Shown here: in pieces, positions 49,819 through 63,999 of the stretch
How positions within the stretch are numbered: the stretch's first letter is position 1
Layout of the letters: each line of letters starts with the position of its first letter
Source: Octopus vulgaris
Lineage: Eukaryota
DNA: 64,000 nucleotides
Direction of reading: 5' to 3'
Assembly: GCA_951406725.2 (NCBI GenBank)
Contig: OX597817.1
Coordinates: 170,066,001 to 170,130,000 of the forward strand
The notes under the pieces: model-generated
The model's input: only the letters and a program-made list of their open reading frames with translations
Databases searched by the model: none
Told to the model about the DNA's origin: nothing
Made by a program: the position numbers and the translations under genes

Positions 49819-50112
49819 TAAACATGACAGCATGTTGGGAAACAAAGAAACAAAAATTTCTTCCTTGCCACATCTTCATCTTTTGTTTTGTTTTTTCCCA
49901 CCTGGAATAATCATATATCTCCCAATAGCAAGACACTCATTCCTATCTCTCTATCATACTTTAACCTTTCATCACATAACAAAACAACTTCCTTCAGTAC
50001 TAATCCCATCTCATTCAGTTGAGGGAGGTTTTGTCTTGCAAGTTATTCAATGACCTCACAAGTGCTGGTGCCATGTAAAAAGCACCCAGAACACACTGTA
50101 AAGTGATTGGTC

Positions 50113-50329
50113 AGAATCGTTAGCACGTCGGGTGAAATGCTTAGCAGTATTTCGTCTGCCGCTACGTTCTGAGTTCAAATTCCGCCGAGGTCGACTTTGC
50201 CTTTCATCCTTTCGGGGTCGATTAAATAAGTACCAATTACGCACTGGAGTCGATATAATCGACTTAATCCGTTTGTCTGTCCTTGTTTGTCCTCTCTGTG
50301 TTTAGCTCCTTGTGGGTAGTAAAGAAATA
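50113..50329 (+). mobile_element. SINE family B inserted into an RTE-type 3' UTR (50030-50480)
   Basis: SINE B consensus flanked by gtgccatgtaaaaagcaccc and ggaaaggcatccagc. Confidence 0.88.
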
Positions 50330-51399
50330 TGTATTGGGAAAGGCATCCAGCTGTATGCCAAACCATGCCAAAGCAAACACTGGAGTTTGGTGCAGTCTTA
50401 TGCTCATCAGCTCAAGTCAAACCATCCAACCTATGTCTGCATGGAAAAATGGATGTTAAATGATAATAATGATGCTGGTGATGATAGCACCCACATATTG
50501 CAATGTTACAACAAATAAAAGTTATATGCATAACAGAAAAATGACTCACTCTTAAGAAAACGTACAAGAGAAATGGCAACTACCTTACCACCATTGATTC
50601 CTATGCACAACAGAGTTGTATTTGTATGTATAAAAGACAACACTAGCAATGGCTCCAGCACCATCTGACACTGAATATGTATGTCCTACTACTACAATAC
50701 ATATATGTGTGTATAAGTACACATATGTGTGTGTGTGTGTATATTTATGTGTTCATGTGTGTGTGTGCACGTTTGTGTGTACAACTATGTGTGTGAATAT
50801 ACAGATGTGTATTTGTGTGTGAGTGACTAAGAGACAGAAAGAGAATAACCAGAAATTTGTAGACAAATTCTTTATTTCCTTGAGAGATAATAAAAGGAAT
50901 ACAGGGTCATAAAGTGCAACTTGATGAAACAAGCGACAAGCAGTTTCATGCATGCATGCACCCGCAAGCATACACAGTCTGCTCACATAAACACTCAGCA
51001 AAAACCAAACAAAAGAAAAATCAAAACCCAAAGAAAGCACATGTATACAAACCCATACATACCATCATACACACACACACATACGCTAAAAGAGTAAATA
51101 CAGTACTGAGTTTGGCTACGTGACAGACTTGGAGTAATAAGGGTATGCCATAGAGAAGGTAATGGGTGGCATCTCAAAAGGACTCTCAAAAACCACCTGA
51201 CTGATTAAACAATTAATCAAGCAATCGATTAGTTAATTGGTTAATTAGTTAACAAATAACAGTAATAGTAATCAATGAAATAGAACCATTGAGTGCATGT
51301 GTGTGTGTCTCTATTGGTAAAAGTTACCTTTCCAAAACATGTTTCAACAAATGATTCACATTTAGAATCTTGTAAAAGAATTACATGTGTGTGTATATG

Positions 51400-51911
<512 letters not shown>

Positions 51912-52387
51912 CTGATGAGAGAGAGAGACAAACACATACATACAAACATCAACTAAGTTTATTGATCCCATTTCTCAACATTACACTATATTCTTTTCCT
52001 TTGATTCTCAACAACCAGTTAATAATGACTTGATAACTTGAAGAGACAAGATACAAGAAATTATTAATGATAGCATTCAAAATGTTAACTCTTTTATTCG
52101 GCTGAAAATTCAAACGTTATCTTTGATAAAGTTAGATTTGATAACAACTGAAAACAGATACTTCAGTATTACTCACCCCCTCTCATTTTAAGCTTGCTTT
52201 TATATTTTTCTGATACATAGATATGTTTTTCTGATATATAGTGCGTGCATTTATTTGGCAAAAGAAAAAAAAAAAAAAAAGAAAATGACCATCCCAAAAT
52301 ATAACAATATCTATTTCAACACACAATTTCACATCAGGACTCTTGCAAAACAAATATATAAACATAAGTTTCTGATATACATACATA

Positions 52388-52441
<54 letters not shown>

Positions 52442-52760
52442 TATACACACACACTGAAACACTTGCACATTTTGGTGTATATTTAAAGATATATATATAT
52501 ATATATATATATCTTTGGCATCTGTGGTACTCTTCCCAGGTACAAAACCAAACTGTATCTCATCTAGTTTGATTCTATTTCTAAGATATATATATATATA
52601 ATTAAAAAATATAAATATAAATATAAATTAATAATTCTGAATTTAAATAATTTAAATTTTATATATTTTGTAAATTATATTAACTATTTTTATTTTTATG
52701 TTTTGGTTTATGTTTTTCACTGTTTGATTTGCCTAATAGTGGTTTTATCATTAATTTAAG

Positions 52761-52796
52761 ATATATATATATATATATATATACATATATACAGAC

Positions 52797-52829
<33 letters not shown>

Positions 52830-53145
52830 CATACATATATACAGACATATATATATATATACATACATATATATATACGTACATATATATATATACATAC
52901 ACATATATACACACACACACATATATATACATACACATATATACACACACACACATATATATATATATACACATATATACATACATATATATATATACAT
53001 ACACATATATACATACATATATATATACATATATATATATATACATACACATATATATATACATACACATATATATATACATACACATATATATATACAT
53101 ACACATATATATATACATACATATATATATATACATACATATATA

Positions 53146-53186
<41 letters not shown>

Positions 53187-53275
53187 ATATATATACATAC
53201 ATATATATATATACATACATATATATATATATACATACATACATATATATATATACATATATACATACATATATA

Positions 53276-53316
<41 letters not shown>

Positions 53317-53386
53317 ATATACATACATACATATATATATATACATATATACATACATATATATATATATACATACATATATATAC

Positions 53387-53424
<38 letters not shown>

Positions 53425-53440
53425 ATATACATACATATAC

Positions 53441-53478
<38 letters not shown>

Positions 53479-53505
53479 ATATACATACATATATATACAT
53501 ATATA

Positions 53506-53546
<41 letters not shown>

Positions 53547-53571
53547 ATACATATATATATACATACATATA

Positions 53572-53646
<75 letters not shown>

Positions 53647-53877
53647 ACATATATACATACATATATATATACATATATACATACATATATACATACATAT
53701 ATATATATACATATATACATACATATATACATACATATATATACATATATACATACATATATATATATACATACATATATACATATATATACATACATAT
53801 ATACATACATACATATATACATACATACATATATACATACATACATATATACATACATACATACATACATATATACA

Positions 53878-53911
<34 letters not shown>

Positions 53912-54022
53912 CATACATATATACATACATATATACATACATATATACATACATATATACATACATATATATATATATATACACACACACATACACATAT
54001 ATATATATACACACACACACAC
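52761..54022. repeat. About 1.26-kb (TA/CA/TACA)n compound microsatellite
   Basis: Visible directly; it is the source of the 436-474 aa pseudo-ORFs. Confidence 0.97.
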
Positions 54023-54701
54023 AGACAATTGTACAAGCGTGTCAAATATGTAATTTTTTTTTCCAAAATATATCGGTTTTGAAATACACTTACAACAGTA
54101 AGATATTTCCTTTATGTACAAATAAAAATACATTGTATGTATTTACGTTTTGAGTTTTATAAAGGTTATAGTCTTTTTGAATTTTTCTAAGTACCATAGT
54201 ATATACTTATACACTAGTGTTGCTCATAATATGATGCGTAACTTTAGAAGAATATTTTTGTTAACAATTTAACTTTTAGCAAGTCTTATAGTGCTTAGAC
54301 AAAATGATGAAATGAATACTAATTTTCAAAAGAAAAATATTTATTACCTTGAAATAAAATAATAAAATAAAACAAATTTCTGATTTGTATAAACACTGTC
54401 ATTTACTCCCTCTCCTACTCCTCTATCCCCATGAATTTCTCTCTTTCTCTCTCTCCCTCCTCCCTCTCCTCTCTCTCAGTGTATGTATGTGTCTATGAAT
54501 AGTGTCCCTTCACTCATTGCCGGCACTTCTTATGTTAACACTTTGTATCTCTCTTTTACTTTCCTTCTTCTCTATATGAGGTAAAGTGTGTCTGGAGAAA
54601 TCACCTAGGTAACCAACATTTACATCATCTATTATATATGTGTATCTGTGTATAAATATCATATATATATGTATATATATATATATATAATATAATGTAA
54701 T

Positions 54702-55098
54702 GGAGTGGCTGTGTGGTAAGTAGCTTGCTTATCAACCATATGGTTCCGGGTTCAGTCCCATTGCGTGGCACCTTGGGCAAGTGTCTTCTACTATAGCCTC
54801 CAGGCCGACCAAAGCCTTGTGAGTGGATTTGGTAGACAGAAACTGAAAGAAGCCCGTCGTATATATGTATATATATGTGTGTATGTGTGTGTGTGCATGT
54901 ATGTTTGTGTTTGTCCCCCTGGCATCGCTTGACAACCGATGCTGTTGTGTTTATGTCCCCGTCACTTAGCTGTTCAGCAAAAGAGACCGATAGAATGAGT
55001 ACTGGGCTTACAAAGAATAAGTCCCGGGGTCGAGTTGCGTGATTAAAGGTGGTGCTCCAGCATGGCCGCAGTCAAATGACTGAAACAAGTAAAAGAGT
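54702..55098 (+). mobile_element. SINE family A
   Basis: Near full-length copy. Confidence 0.92.
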
Positions 55099-55117
55099 AT
55101 AATATAATATGATATAA

Positions 55118-55607
55118 CTAACACTATGACCCGGCGTTGCTGGGTCTAGTGCTAGTGCTTGTTGTTCATTGCCGGGTCGCAATAAAAATTTCTCACTAAA
55201 TCAAGAGCTAAGTTTATCACATTTCAGCCTAGGCCAGTTTTGTTGTTTATGAGCCAAGTTGGAACTTTTTATGAGAGTAATTAATATTCATTGAACTTCA
55301 GTTTTCACACCTGGAATAGCATAATCATGGAAAATTAGCGGGACTGTGCACATGCCATTAGTCGGACAAAAAAGGAGGTAGAAGAAAGGGAAAAACTTGA
55401 ATTTGGCCGTAAATTAACTTATGGGCATAAGGGGTCGGTTTATTGATCTTTTTAATGGCTCTCTGGGGTGACTGGGGAAATGAAAAGATCTTCACGACCA
55501 CCCTCAGACAGTTTTGAAAGCCTATAGAAAATACAAGCCCTTTATGTTAAAAACTGTGGATTTGTATAAAGGACACACAGACATTTTGCCGTTTATAGAT
55601 ATAGAGA
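55118..55607 (-). mobile_element. Non-autonomous Helitron, family H2 variant
   Basis: Same termini as 28161-28524 (CTAG mutated to TTAG) with a different interior. Confidence 0.82.
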
Positions 55608-56071
55608 TATAATATAATATATATTGTATATATCGTCATCATCATCATCATCTTAATATTTATTCTTCCATGCATACATTGAAAAGTAGATGAGGGTACT
55701 TTGGTGGAGTCAGAATTTTCTAAGGTCAGATGCCCTTCCTGATGCCAGTCACCAATAATCTCCTAGACTGAAATAAATATAGGGGTTGATGCTTAAGAGT
55801 CTTTCAAAAAGGCAACCCAGCAAGGCCACAGTTCAATAATTGAAAACAGGAAAAGAATATCTATATATCATTTAATGTACACTGTATTAAAAGAAGAGCT
55901 ACTAATAGTTTCTTGCCATTGAGACATGTGGTTAGGCAGGTTTTATAATGTGCCTCTAATCAATCTTCATTATATTTCTCTCTCAATGAATGGAGTATTG
56001 TTTCGTTGATCTTACATTAGGATGTGTGTGTGTGTGTGTGCGTGCGTGCGAGTGAGTGAGTTAGTAAGTGA

Positions 56072-56335
56072 AGGCATGTAGTCTAGTGGTCAGGCTGTTG
56101 CGCTCATGATTGCTAGATCAAGGGTTCAATTCCCAGACCAGGTGGTGTGTTGTGTTCTTGAGCAAAACACTTCATTTCAGGTTGCTCTGAAATCATTTCA
56201 ACACAGGAAGTGTGACACACTTGTGCACCTGCACAGGTAAAGTTCTCTTGATGGAGAGAGTGAGCTAATGTACAACACATATATTTCATCACTATAAACA
56301 AATCATTAGCATAGGTCATTCGGCAAAAACTGAAC
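56072..56335 (+). mobile_element. SINE family E
   Basis: tagtctagtgg...gggttcaattccc...ttgtgttcttgagcaaaacac. Confidence 0.78.
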
Positions 56336-56379
56336 ACTAGTACATTGTCTTCAATGGGAGCCATCGAATCAAGTGAAAT

Positions 56380-56750
56380 CATAGTAATGGCCAATGCTGG
56401 TGTCACGTAACTGGCATGTAAAAAGCAACTTTTGAGCACTGGGCCTCACGGAGGCAATGACAAATGACTGAAACCTTTGGCAATATACTGTGCTTGAGAA
56501 GACTCATCAAGCTATGTGAAATAGTAGCTGTGGCAGATACTAGTGTTATGCAATTAGCACCCATGCTAGTGGCACATAAAAGCACCCATTACACTCTGAG
56601 TGGTTGGCATAAGTAAGGGCATCTAGCTGAAAAAACCATGCCAGTTCAGACTGGAGTCTGGTGCAACCCCTCAGTTTTCCAGCCCTGATCAAAACATTCA
56701 ACCCATGCCAGCATGGACAGTGGTCATTAAATGATGATGATGATGATGAT
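56380..56750 (+). mobile_element. RTE-type 3' end
   Basis: tgggcctcacggaggcaatga...gtgcttgagaagactca matches 13540-13610; (GAT)n tail. Confidence 0.82.
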
Positions 56751-57744
56751 ATATTCTAATAATTCTAATAATTATGACCTATAGTTGGAAAGAAATTATC
56801 AGCAAGTTGTGAAATTATTTCCTAACCAACATAATTTACACAGAAACTCATTTGCTAATATAATTAATACTATAATTTACTATCATAATGTATTACTTGA
56901 TCTCATTATACAGGAATTAGGAGAAATGCCGTTAAAACTGTTGTAGATTATTGTCACAATAAAACCTCGGACCAAAGAGACATTTCAAATCATACTATGA
57001 ACCACTTTAAAACGGCAACACTCATATGTGTGAATAAAACACAGCAGAAACAAAATCAGATATTTAAACAGTGTGTATGTGTGCATTTGTATCTCTCCCT
57101 CCTTCTCTCTCTCTCCACAAGAAATATAGAAACTAGAAGTGTCTGTAGGGGTAATACAGCCTTTTGTATATGACCATTGAGTCAATTCAGCAAACATAAA
57201 CACAGTGTAGTTAGTGAGATTACAGATTCACAGCAGATCATCACTGCATGAAATGTTATATTCATGAAAGGTTAAACATTAATCTCAAGACTAGTAAGGT
57301 GTAAAAACACTGCAGCAACAAACATGCGAAATAAAAACTATACTATAGCTATGAACAATCCACAATTCTGAAGATGAGAAAAATTAATATAAAGAGAGAA
57401 AAAAGAAGCATAAAATACAAAGTATTTTCTTAACATTATTTTATATCTTACAAGGTTCAAAGAATGTTATGCTTCACCATGTGTCGGAAATGGTGAAGTT
57501 ATGTTCATTTTTAGCTTTTGTAAGTATAATCGCTGTTATAAATTCTTGATTGTATTTCAAACATACTCAAATAGTCAGTATTGAGTTACACATCAAAGGG
57601 CATTCGTTTAAAATGTAACTAATAAGCCATAATTAACACTTCTGCCTATCATAGAGAAGGGATGAAATAAGCAACATGTATATGTGTAGTATGTATGCAT
57701 GTATATTAGTATGTATGTGCGTGTGTGTGTGTGTGTGTGTGTGA

Positions 57745-57890
57745 AGGTGTGTGGCTTAGTGGTTAGGGCATTCGGCTCACAATTGTAAGGTCGTGAGTTC
57801 AATTCCCGGCAACGTGTTGTGTCCTTGAGCAAGACATTTATTTCACATTGCTCCAGTCCAGTCAGCTGGCAAAAGTGAGTTGTACTTGTA
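57745..57890 (+). mobile_element. Short tRNA-derived SINE (family E-related, V-SINE-like core) between microsatellites
   Basis: A box tggcttagtgg, B box gagttcaattcc, core gtgtccttgagcaagaca. Confidence 0.8.
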
Positions 57891-57894
57891 TTTC

Positions 57895-57895
57895 T

Positions 57896-57927
<32 letters not shown>

Positions 57928-57998
57928 CATATATAAACATATACATATGTATACATACATATATATATATATATACATATGTATATATACATATATAC

Positions 57999-58029
<31 letters not shown>

Positions 58030-58192
58030 CATGTATATATACACACACATATATATACATATATATACATATATATATATACATTTATACATTATATATA
58101 TATATATATATATATATATAGGCATAAATATATATATATATATAAACACACACATACAGACACAAACATATATATACATACATGTACATACA
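57895..58192. repeat. (TA/CA)n compound microsatellite
   Basis: Visible directly. Confidence 0.95.
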
Positions 58193-59144
58193 GAGAATAA
58201 AAGAAAGAACCTGCAGAGCAAATAACTCAAATGTTTAAATAACAAGAATAGTACTTCATTCAAGAAAGAAGAATTTAAAAAAATTTTATTGCTTTTATAA
58301 TAACAAATAAGCACCAAAAAATTTTAATATTTCAGAAATAAAATCAAATATTAAAAAAAAAAACTAACTTTGACCATGACTCCTGCAAAGATATTGCAAA
58401 AGCAACGAAGGAGAAATATACCATTATTGTTTATTAAAGATTAAATAATACTCTCTGTTGAGTCAAATAACCAAGAAAGTACCAAATATTCAGTCAGATT
58501 AATGGTTCTTCTGAAATTGATTTTTTGCTTATTTATTTGTTTTATTGCAAGATGCAAATGTGGTATATGTTATGTATATTGGAAGCAGCAATTTTTACTT
58601 CAAAAAATTTAATAATCAGGCAGCAATTACCTTTTTAACTGGCTATTAATATAAACCAATCAAATCAATGTTTTATATTATACACACATACACACACAAT
58701 GCATACATACACACACACACATGCACATACACACATATATGTGCATGCGCACACACACATGCGTGCGCACACACAGACACACACACCCTCACAATATGGT
58801 TGTTTAAAACTTCAATTTGGAGTTGAGTTGAAACTGATTTCTAAAATATTATTAACCATAAACTGGAAGTAAAAGCAATGAATTCAAGGAAGGAAGTATT
58901 ATTAAAATTCTAAGATGACCTTTAGTACACATTGAGTAAATTATTTTACAAAATATCAGATCTTCTGCATCGTGTCAATTTTGTATTAAGTTATTTCATG
59001 AGAGCAAAATATCTTGTTTTATTTTAAAGAATTAACAATTTTAACCATTTTAAACCAAAAACACAAAAAGCAATGTAACACCAATAATCACAGTAACAAT
59101 AAAGCCACAAATTTCAATAAATAATCAAAAAATGAAAATAAATT

Positions 59145-59640
59145 GTGTCAGGTACATGGCCCCTAATTTTGGGAAGGGGACAGTCATTTATATCAGACCC
59201 TAGTAAAAAGATGAAAGGTTAGGTCAAGTTTGGTAGAATTTGAACTCAAAACATAAAGGATGTAACTAAATACTGTCAGGAATTTTCTCCACTTTTCTGA
59301 CAACTAACCACCCCTAATAGTGATAACATTAACAGTCCTTTCTGCTATAGGAACAAGGCATAAAATTATGGGGCTAGTTTATAACATCAACCCCAGTGGT
59401 ACTTATTTTAACAACACCCAAATGATGAAAGGCAAAGTCAAACTTGGTGGAATTGGAACTCAGAACATAAAGAGCCAGAAGATATGCTACTAAACATTTT
59501 GTCTGACACGGTAATGATTCCGTCAGCTCATCACTTCAATAAGAAATCATCCTCAGCAGAATTTCAACTCAGAATGTAAAGACAGATGAGATGCCACTAA
59601 GCATTTTGTCTGGTGCACTAACAATTCTGTCAGCTCACTG
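59145..59640 (-). mobile_element. Cluster of three decayed SINE B units
   Basis: Repeated gatgaaagg...gaattt(g)aactca(g)aa and ctgtcagctca motifs. Confidence 0.7.
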
Positions 59641-59672
59641 TCTTCTTCTTCTTTTTCTGAACAACAACAATA

Positions 59673-60214
59673 GATACCCTGAAGCAGTACCAGACAGTGG
59701 CTCTTATGGCTTCTGATCTTCACTGATTGGAAGCGTTATCATGTACATTGTTTTGTCTTGGTATAAAAGATGGGCTACAGCAAATATTTTGCTCAATACC
59801 ACAGATTTGCTTGTCAGTTGTTTGACTTTAACCAGTTGACCATGTCCCTTAGTGGCTCTGACTACGAGCAGAAGTACTGGGGGAGCATCATAGCCGTGTG
59901 TTGAAAGGAATTTTTGGAGATTTGGATAATTCACCTTTGGAAACATGGGTGGTTCATTTAACATCCTTAAACAATCCTTATTCAGGGACCTTTTGAGCGG
60001 GATAGGCTACTCGACCAGAAGAAAATTCTAACCAGGCCCCCACCTGCAAGGTCATGCACTGTTTATCTTGATATGAGATCGCCATGTCGGGCACATATGG
60101 TTGTGATGTATGTGCCTGGTGTACCCTCATCAGATGGGTAGTCATGATGGGTATACTGGGCTTCATATATTTTACCCCAGTGTCACTTTGATGGCATGCA
60201 CTGCTCTCTCACTC
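59673..60214 (+). mobile_element. Interspersed repeat, probably a non-LTR retroelement UTR ending in (AAT)n
   Basis: A GC-richer block between (caa)n and (aat)n with a structured end. Class and orientation are inferred. Confidence 0.5.
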
Positions 60215-60228
60215 AATAATAATAATAA

Positions 60229-60500
60229 TCCTTTCTATTATAGGCACCAGATCTGAAATTTTGAAGGAGGGTGCTAGTCAATTACATCGATCCCAGTACT
60301 CAACTGGTACTTAATTTATCAAGGTTGATAAATTAAGTAATAATAATGATAATCCTTTCTACTATAGGCACAAGGTCTGAAATTTAAGGGAAAGGGACTA
60401 GTTGATCACATCGACACCAGTACCCTAAAGGGATGAAAAAACAAAGGTGACCTCAGCTAGAGTTCAAGTTAAATATAAAGAGCTCTAACTAAAATACCAC
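60229..60500 (-). mobile_element. Two truncated SINE B 3' units
   Basis: tcctttcta(t/c)tataggcac...tctgaaattt at 60229 and 60353. Confidence 0.75.
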
Positions 60501-61154
60501 AAGGAATTTTGACTAATTCAAACCTCTACTCAACCTTCCAAGAATAGTTTTTCTCTCAGTCCATTTCTCAGTGAGGTTAGCTACAAAGACTATTCTTTAA
60601 ATACTCAAACATCTTAGAATTTGGTGCTTTTAAGAATTTGGAAATACTCTTTACATTTCTCAGCATTTAAGCTGTATTTACAAATCTGTCAAGTAAATTT
60701 TTATCAAGCACTAATCAAAAGCTTCTGGCATTCTTAGTTGAATCTCTTAAATATATTACTGCTATGTCTTTCGAAGTGATGACTGACTGATGCTATCGCA
60801 GAACCATTAAGTCAATAAATATTAAGAACATCTACTAGTAATGTTGCACCTCCATGTAAAATATCTATCATTCTTATGTGATTGGGTGGCAAAAGTTCAT
60901 TCAGTCAATAATATCTAAAAGCTAACAACATATATTAGACTCAAGTAATATGATTAAAATCCTGACACATATAGCTCTCCAGTTCAATAGTGATTTGATA
61001 GAAAGTAAAATATTCTACTAAACAATAAAATCATTAAGCTTAATAAGAATTTTTTACAGTATTTCTGCTTCCATCATGTTAAAAAAAGAACGAAATACAC
61101 AAAGTTGATGGAAATAAATAATTTCAGTAGATATATTTTATTTGAACAATATAT

Positions 61155-61745
61155 GACAGGTGTGGTTATGTGGATAAGAAATTTGCTTTATAGCCACATG
61201 GTTTCAGGTTCAGTCACACTGTGTAGCACATTCAGCAAGTGCATTCTGTTAAAGGCAAGGGTCAATCAAAGCCTTATGCGTGGATTTGGTAGATGGAAGC
61301 TGAAAGTAGCCTGTCATATACATATCCTTATATGGGGAGGATGCATGTGTGTGTGTATGTGTGTCACTAGATCTACATCAGGAATTGCAGTGACAATTAT
61401 ATCATAACTGTAGATGACATCAGGTAGCCTAAATGGTCTCAGCACTTTAATTGGCATACACTAGACATATACCCAAAGTCCAGATATACATACATGTGTG
61501 TGTGTGTGTGTGTGTGTACTGTATGTGTTTGTGTCCCTTTGTCTTGAGGTCAAGTGGTAGTTGTAAACAATTTCACTTGTTATATAAACACTGCCAATTA
61601 TTTCCAATAATTTGCTGACATAAAGAAATAACACAAGTGAAGCTTGGCAAGAGAAAGGGCATCCAGCGATAGAACACCTACCTCAATAAACACTGTCTGA
61701 CCCATGCCAGCATGGAAAAGTGGACATTAAAATGATGATGGCGAT
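61155..61745 (+). mobile_element. Old SINE with family A head and core and an RTE-like tail (interrupted)
   Basis: ggttcagtcacactg...gccttatgcgtggatttggtagatggaagctgaaag, ending in gacccatgccagcatggaaaagtggacattaaaatgatgatg. Confidence 0.65.
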
Positions 61746-62087
61746 GGATATGGTTAATCTTTATGCCCATCCATAGCCAAAGAGAAGTTGAAATAACTTC
61801 GAATGCAAATAACACATATATCAAGACATGATGTACAGTCTACATAATAAGCTTGTGAGTAAGATAATTACTACAGTCAATTGTCTGTTAAAAATGAGTA
61901 ACCATATAATTACTATGCATTTAACAAAAAAACATAAGCTTATTAGTATTCTAGGTCTTCGGTGACTATTTCAATCATTCTTACACACACATATGCACGT
62001 GCACACACACATACACAACTTTCTTTACACCTAGTACCTAATCAGTTATATTAACTATAAGAATACATACATACATTCAAATGTATA

Positions 62088-62127
<40 letters not shown>

Positions 62128-62153
62128 ACGTGCACATATACATTTGATATATA

Positions 62154-63924
62154 CAGGGTGTTAGTTAGTTAGTTAGTTAGTTAGTTAATTAATTTGGCTC
62201 AAAAGCAAATAGCAAGGCCATGTAGGGGGACATGGAGTTAAGTACAGGGTGGTGTTCATGTAAAGAGTTCAGGCCACTTGTGGTCAAGGGAGACTTTGAA
62301 CCGAGCGGTCGTCGGAATCTTCACCATCTCGTCTGGCAGCTTGTTCCACAGATCCGCAACCCGGACGGAGAAAGCGCCTCTCCTTCGATTGAGATGAAAT
62401 CATCGCAGGTAGAGCTTTTCGGAATGACCCCGCAGCCGACACTCTGGAACAGGAGTGAAGAACAGCTCTTTCGAGAGGTTACACTTTCCGCTTATGATGT
62501 CGTGGGCGAGAATGAGATCACCACGGCGGCGGCGTTTTCAAGAGAATAAAGGTCGAGCGTCCTCAGCCTTTCTTCGTAGGACAAATTTTTGAGACCATGA
62601 ACCATGCGGGTAGCCAGCTTCTGGACTCTTTCGAGATGCTGTATGTCTTTGAGGAGATAAGGAGAAGAGGCTTGAATCCCGTACTCCAATATGTATAAGG
62701 TATTTGAGGACATATATTTTTTGGGGTCATTGCTGCATTTTTTGGTAACTCTGTATAATCTTTGTTTCAGAAAATATTAACGGCAGACCCTCAGCTTACA
62801 CAAGAAATGAAGAGGCATGCTGTTATTGTGGTAATAGAGGCTGAGCATAGCAATTCAAAAATATCTCGATTTTTAAAAGTTGCCAGATCTTTCGTCTATA
62901 AAGTTTGTAAGGAGCTAGAGACTGAAAATAGAAACATATCACCAGTATCAAAACATAAAAAGCATTCTAAACATTCTGAAATCATCAGAACACCTGAATT
63001 TATTCAGTATGTTCAACAGATCAATTGCAAAAGATCTCCATGTGTCAGAAGGAACAGTCAGAAATGATGTCCATGACGACATCAAATATAAGTCTTATAT
63101 GACGAGGAAAGGTTAATTTGTTTGAAAAAGCAAAAGAAAATCACTACATCAGATCTAAAAGGCTCTTAAACAAACTGAAAAATCCAGCAGAAAAGATTTG
63201 ATTTGTTTTGGGTTTTTTTCAAACAAGAAAACTTCGACCAAGATCAAAAAGTTAACAGAAGAAATGACAGATGGTTATGTGCAGACCCTTCAGAAGTTCC
63301 AAGTGTTAAGCATACAAAATTTCCTGCAACTGTCTTGGTTTTAGGGGTTGTCAGCAATGAAGGACATGTGATGCCTCCTTACTTCTTTCCACAAGGCCTT
63401 AGAGTTAACTCTGCCACATACATTGAGGTCCTGGAAATAATTGTTAAGCCCAGGATAGACAGTGTATGCAATGGAAGGGCATATGTGTTTCAGTAAAACT
63501 CTGTACTATCACACATGGATCTAGTAAAACAGGAAAGGATAGCTGAAAATTTTCATGATCACATAACCCTTAACATTTGGCCTCCTAATTCCCCAGACCT
63601 CAATCCATTGGACTATTACATATGGAGCATTGTTAAAAGAGAGGTCAATGAACATGCCCATAACACCAAAGATTCTTTGAAAGCTGCCATAGTCAGATTA
63701 ATGTCCAAAATGAACCAGGACCAATTGATTCAAGCATGCAGATGATTTAGATCTCATACAGAAGCAGTTGTTGAGGCTGAAGGTGGCTTTATTGAATAAC
63801 ATTGAATAACAAGTAAGTTTATTTTTATCCTCAAAGCATTTCTTGATAAATAAAGTTATCTGTTATTACATTATTTTATGTTTTCTTTTTAAAACATAAA
63901 TCTGTCCTCAAATATCTTATGCAC

Positions 63925-63928
<4 letters not shown>
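62154..63928 (+). mobile_element. Full-length decayed DD37D (maT) Tc1/mariner transposon
   Basis: 29-bp TIRs, the left one split by a LINE. ORF pieces 62762-63067, 63203-63496 and 63515-63745. VFQ*NS (from FQQDS) to SPDLNPLD gives 37 residues between the second and third catalytic positions. Confidence 0.92.
62161..62691 (-). mobile_element. 5'-truncated CR1-group LINE (second family) with (TAAC)n tail
   Basis: ORF 62492-62713 ILEYGIQASSPYLLKDIQHLERVQKLATRMVHGLKNLSYEERL; CpG-rich and therefore probably young. Confidence 0.92.

Positions 63929-63999
<71 letters not shown>

Noticed and set aside
50550-50670. Minus-strand open frame LLCIGINGGKVVAISLVRFLK ending at a GTGAGT donor
   Set aside because: There is no pyrimidine tract at the acceptor and no recognisable homology; it cannot be supported without RNA data.
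52680-54153. 436-474 aa ORFs rich in Y/I/H/T or M/Y/V/C
   Set aside because: They are translations of a dinucleotide microsatellite that lacks stop codons in several frames on both strands.
57462-57506. Hairpin cttcaccat/atggtgaag as a possible pre-miRNA
   Set aside because: Only 9 perfect bp plus a wobble extension, too short for a pre-miRNA and expected by chance.
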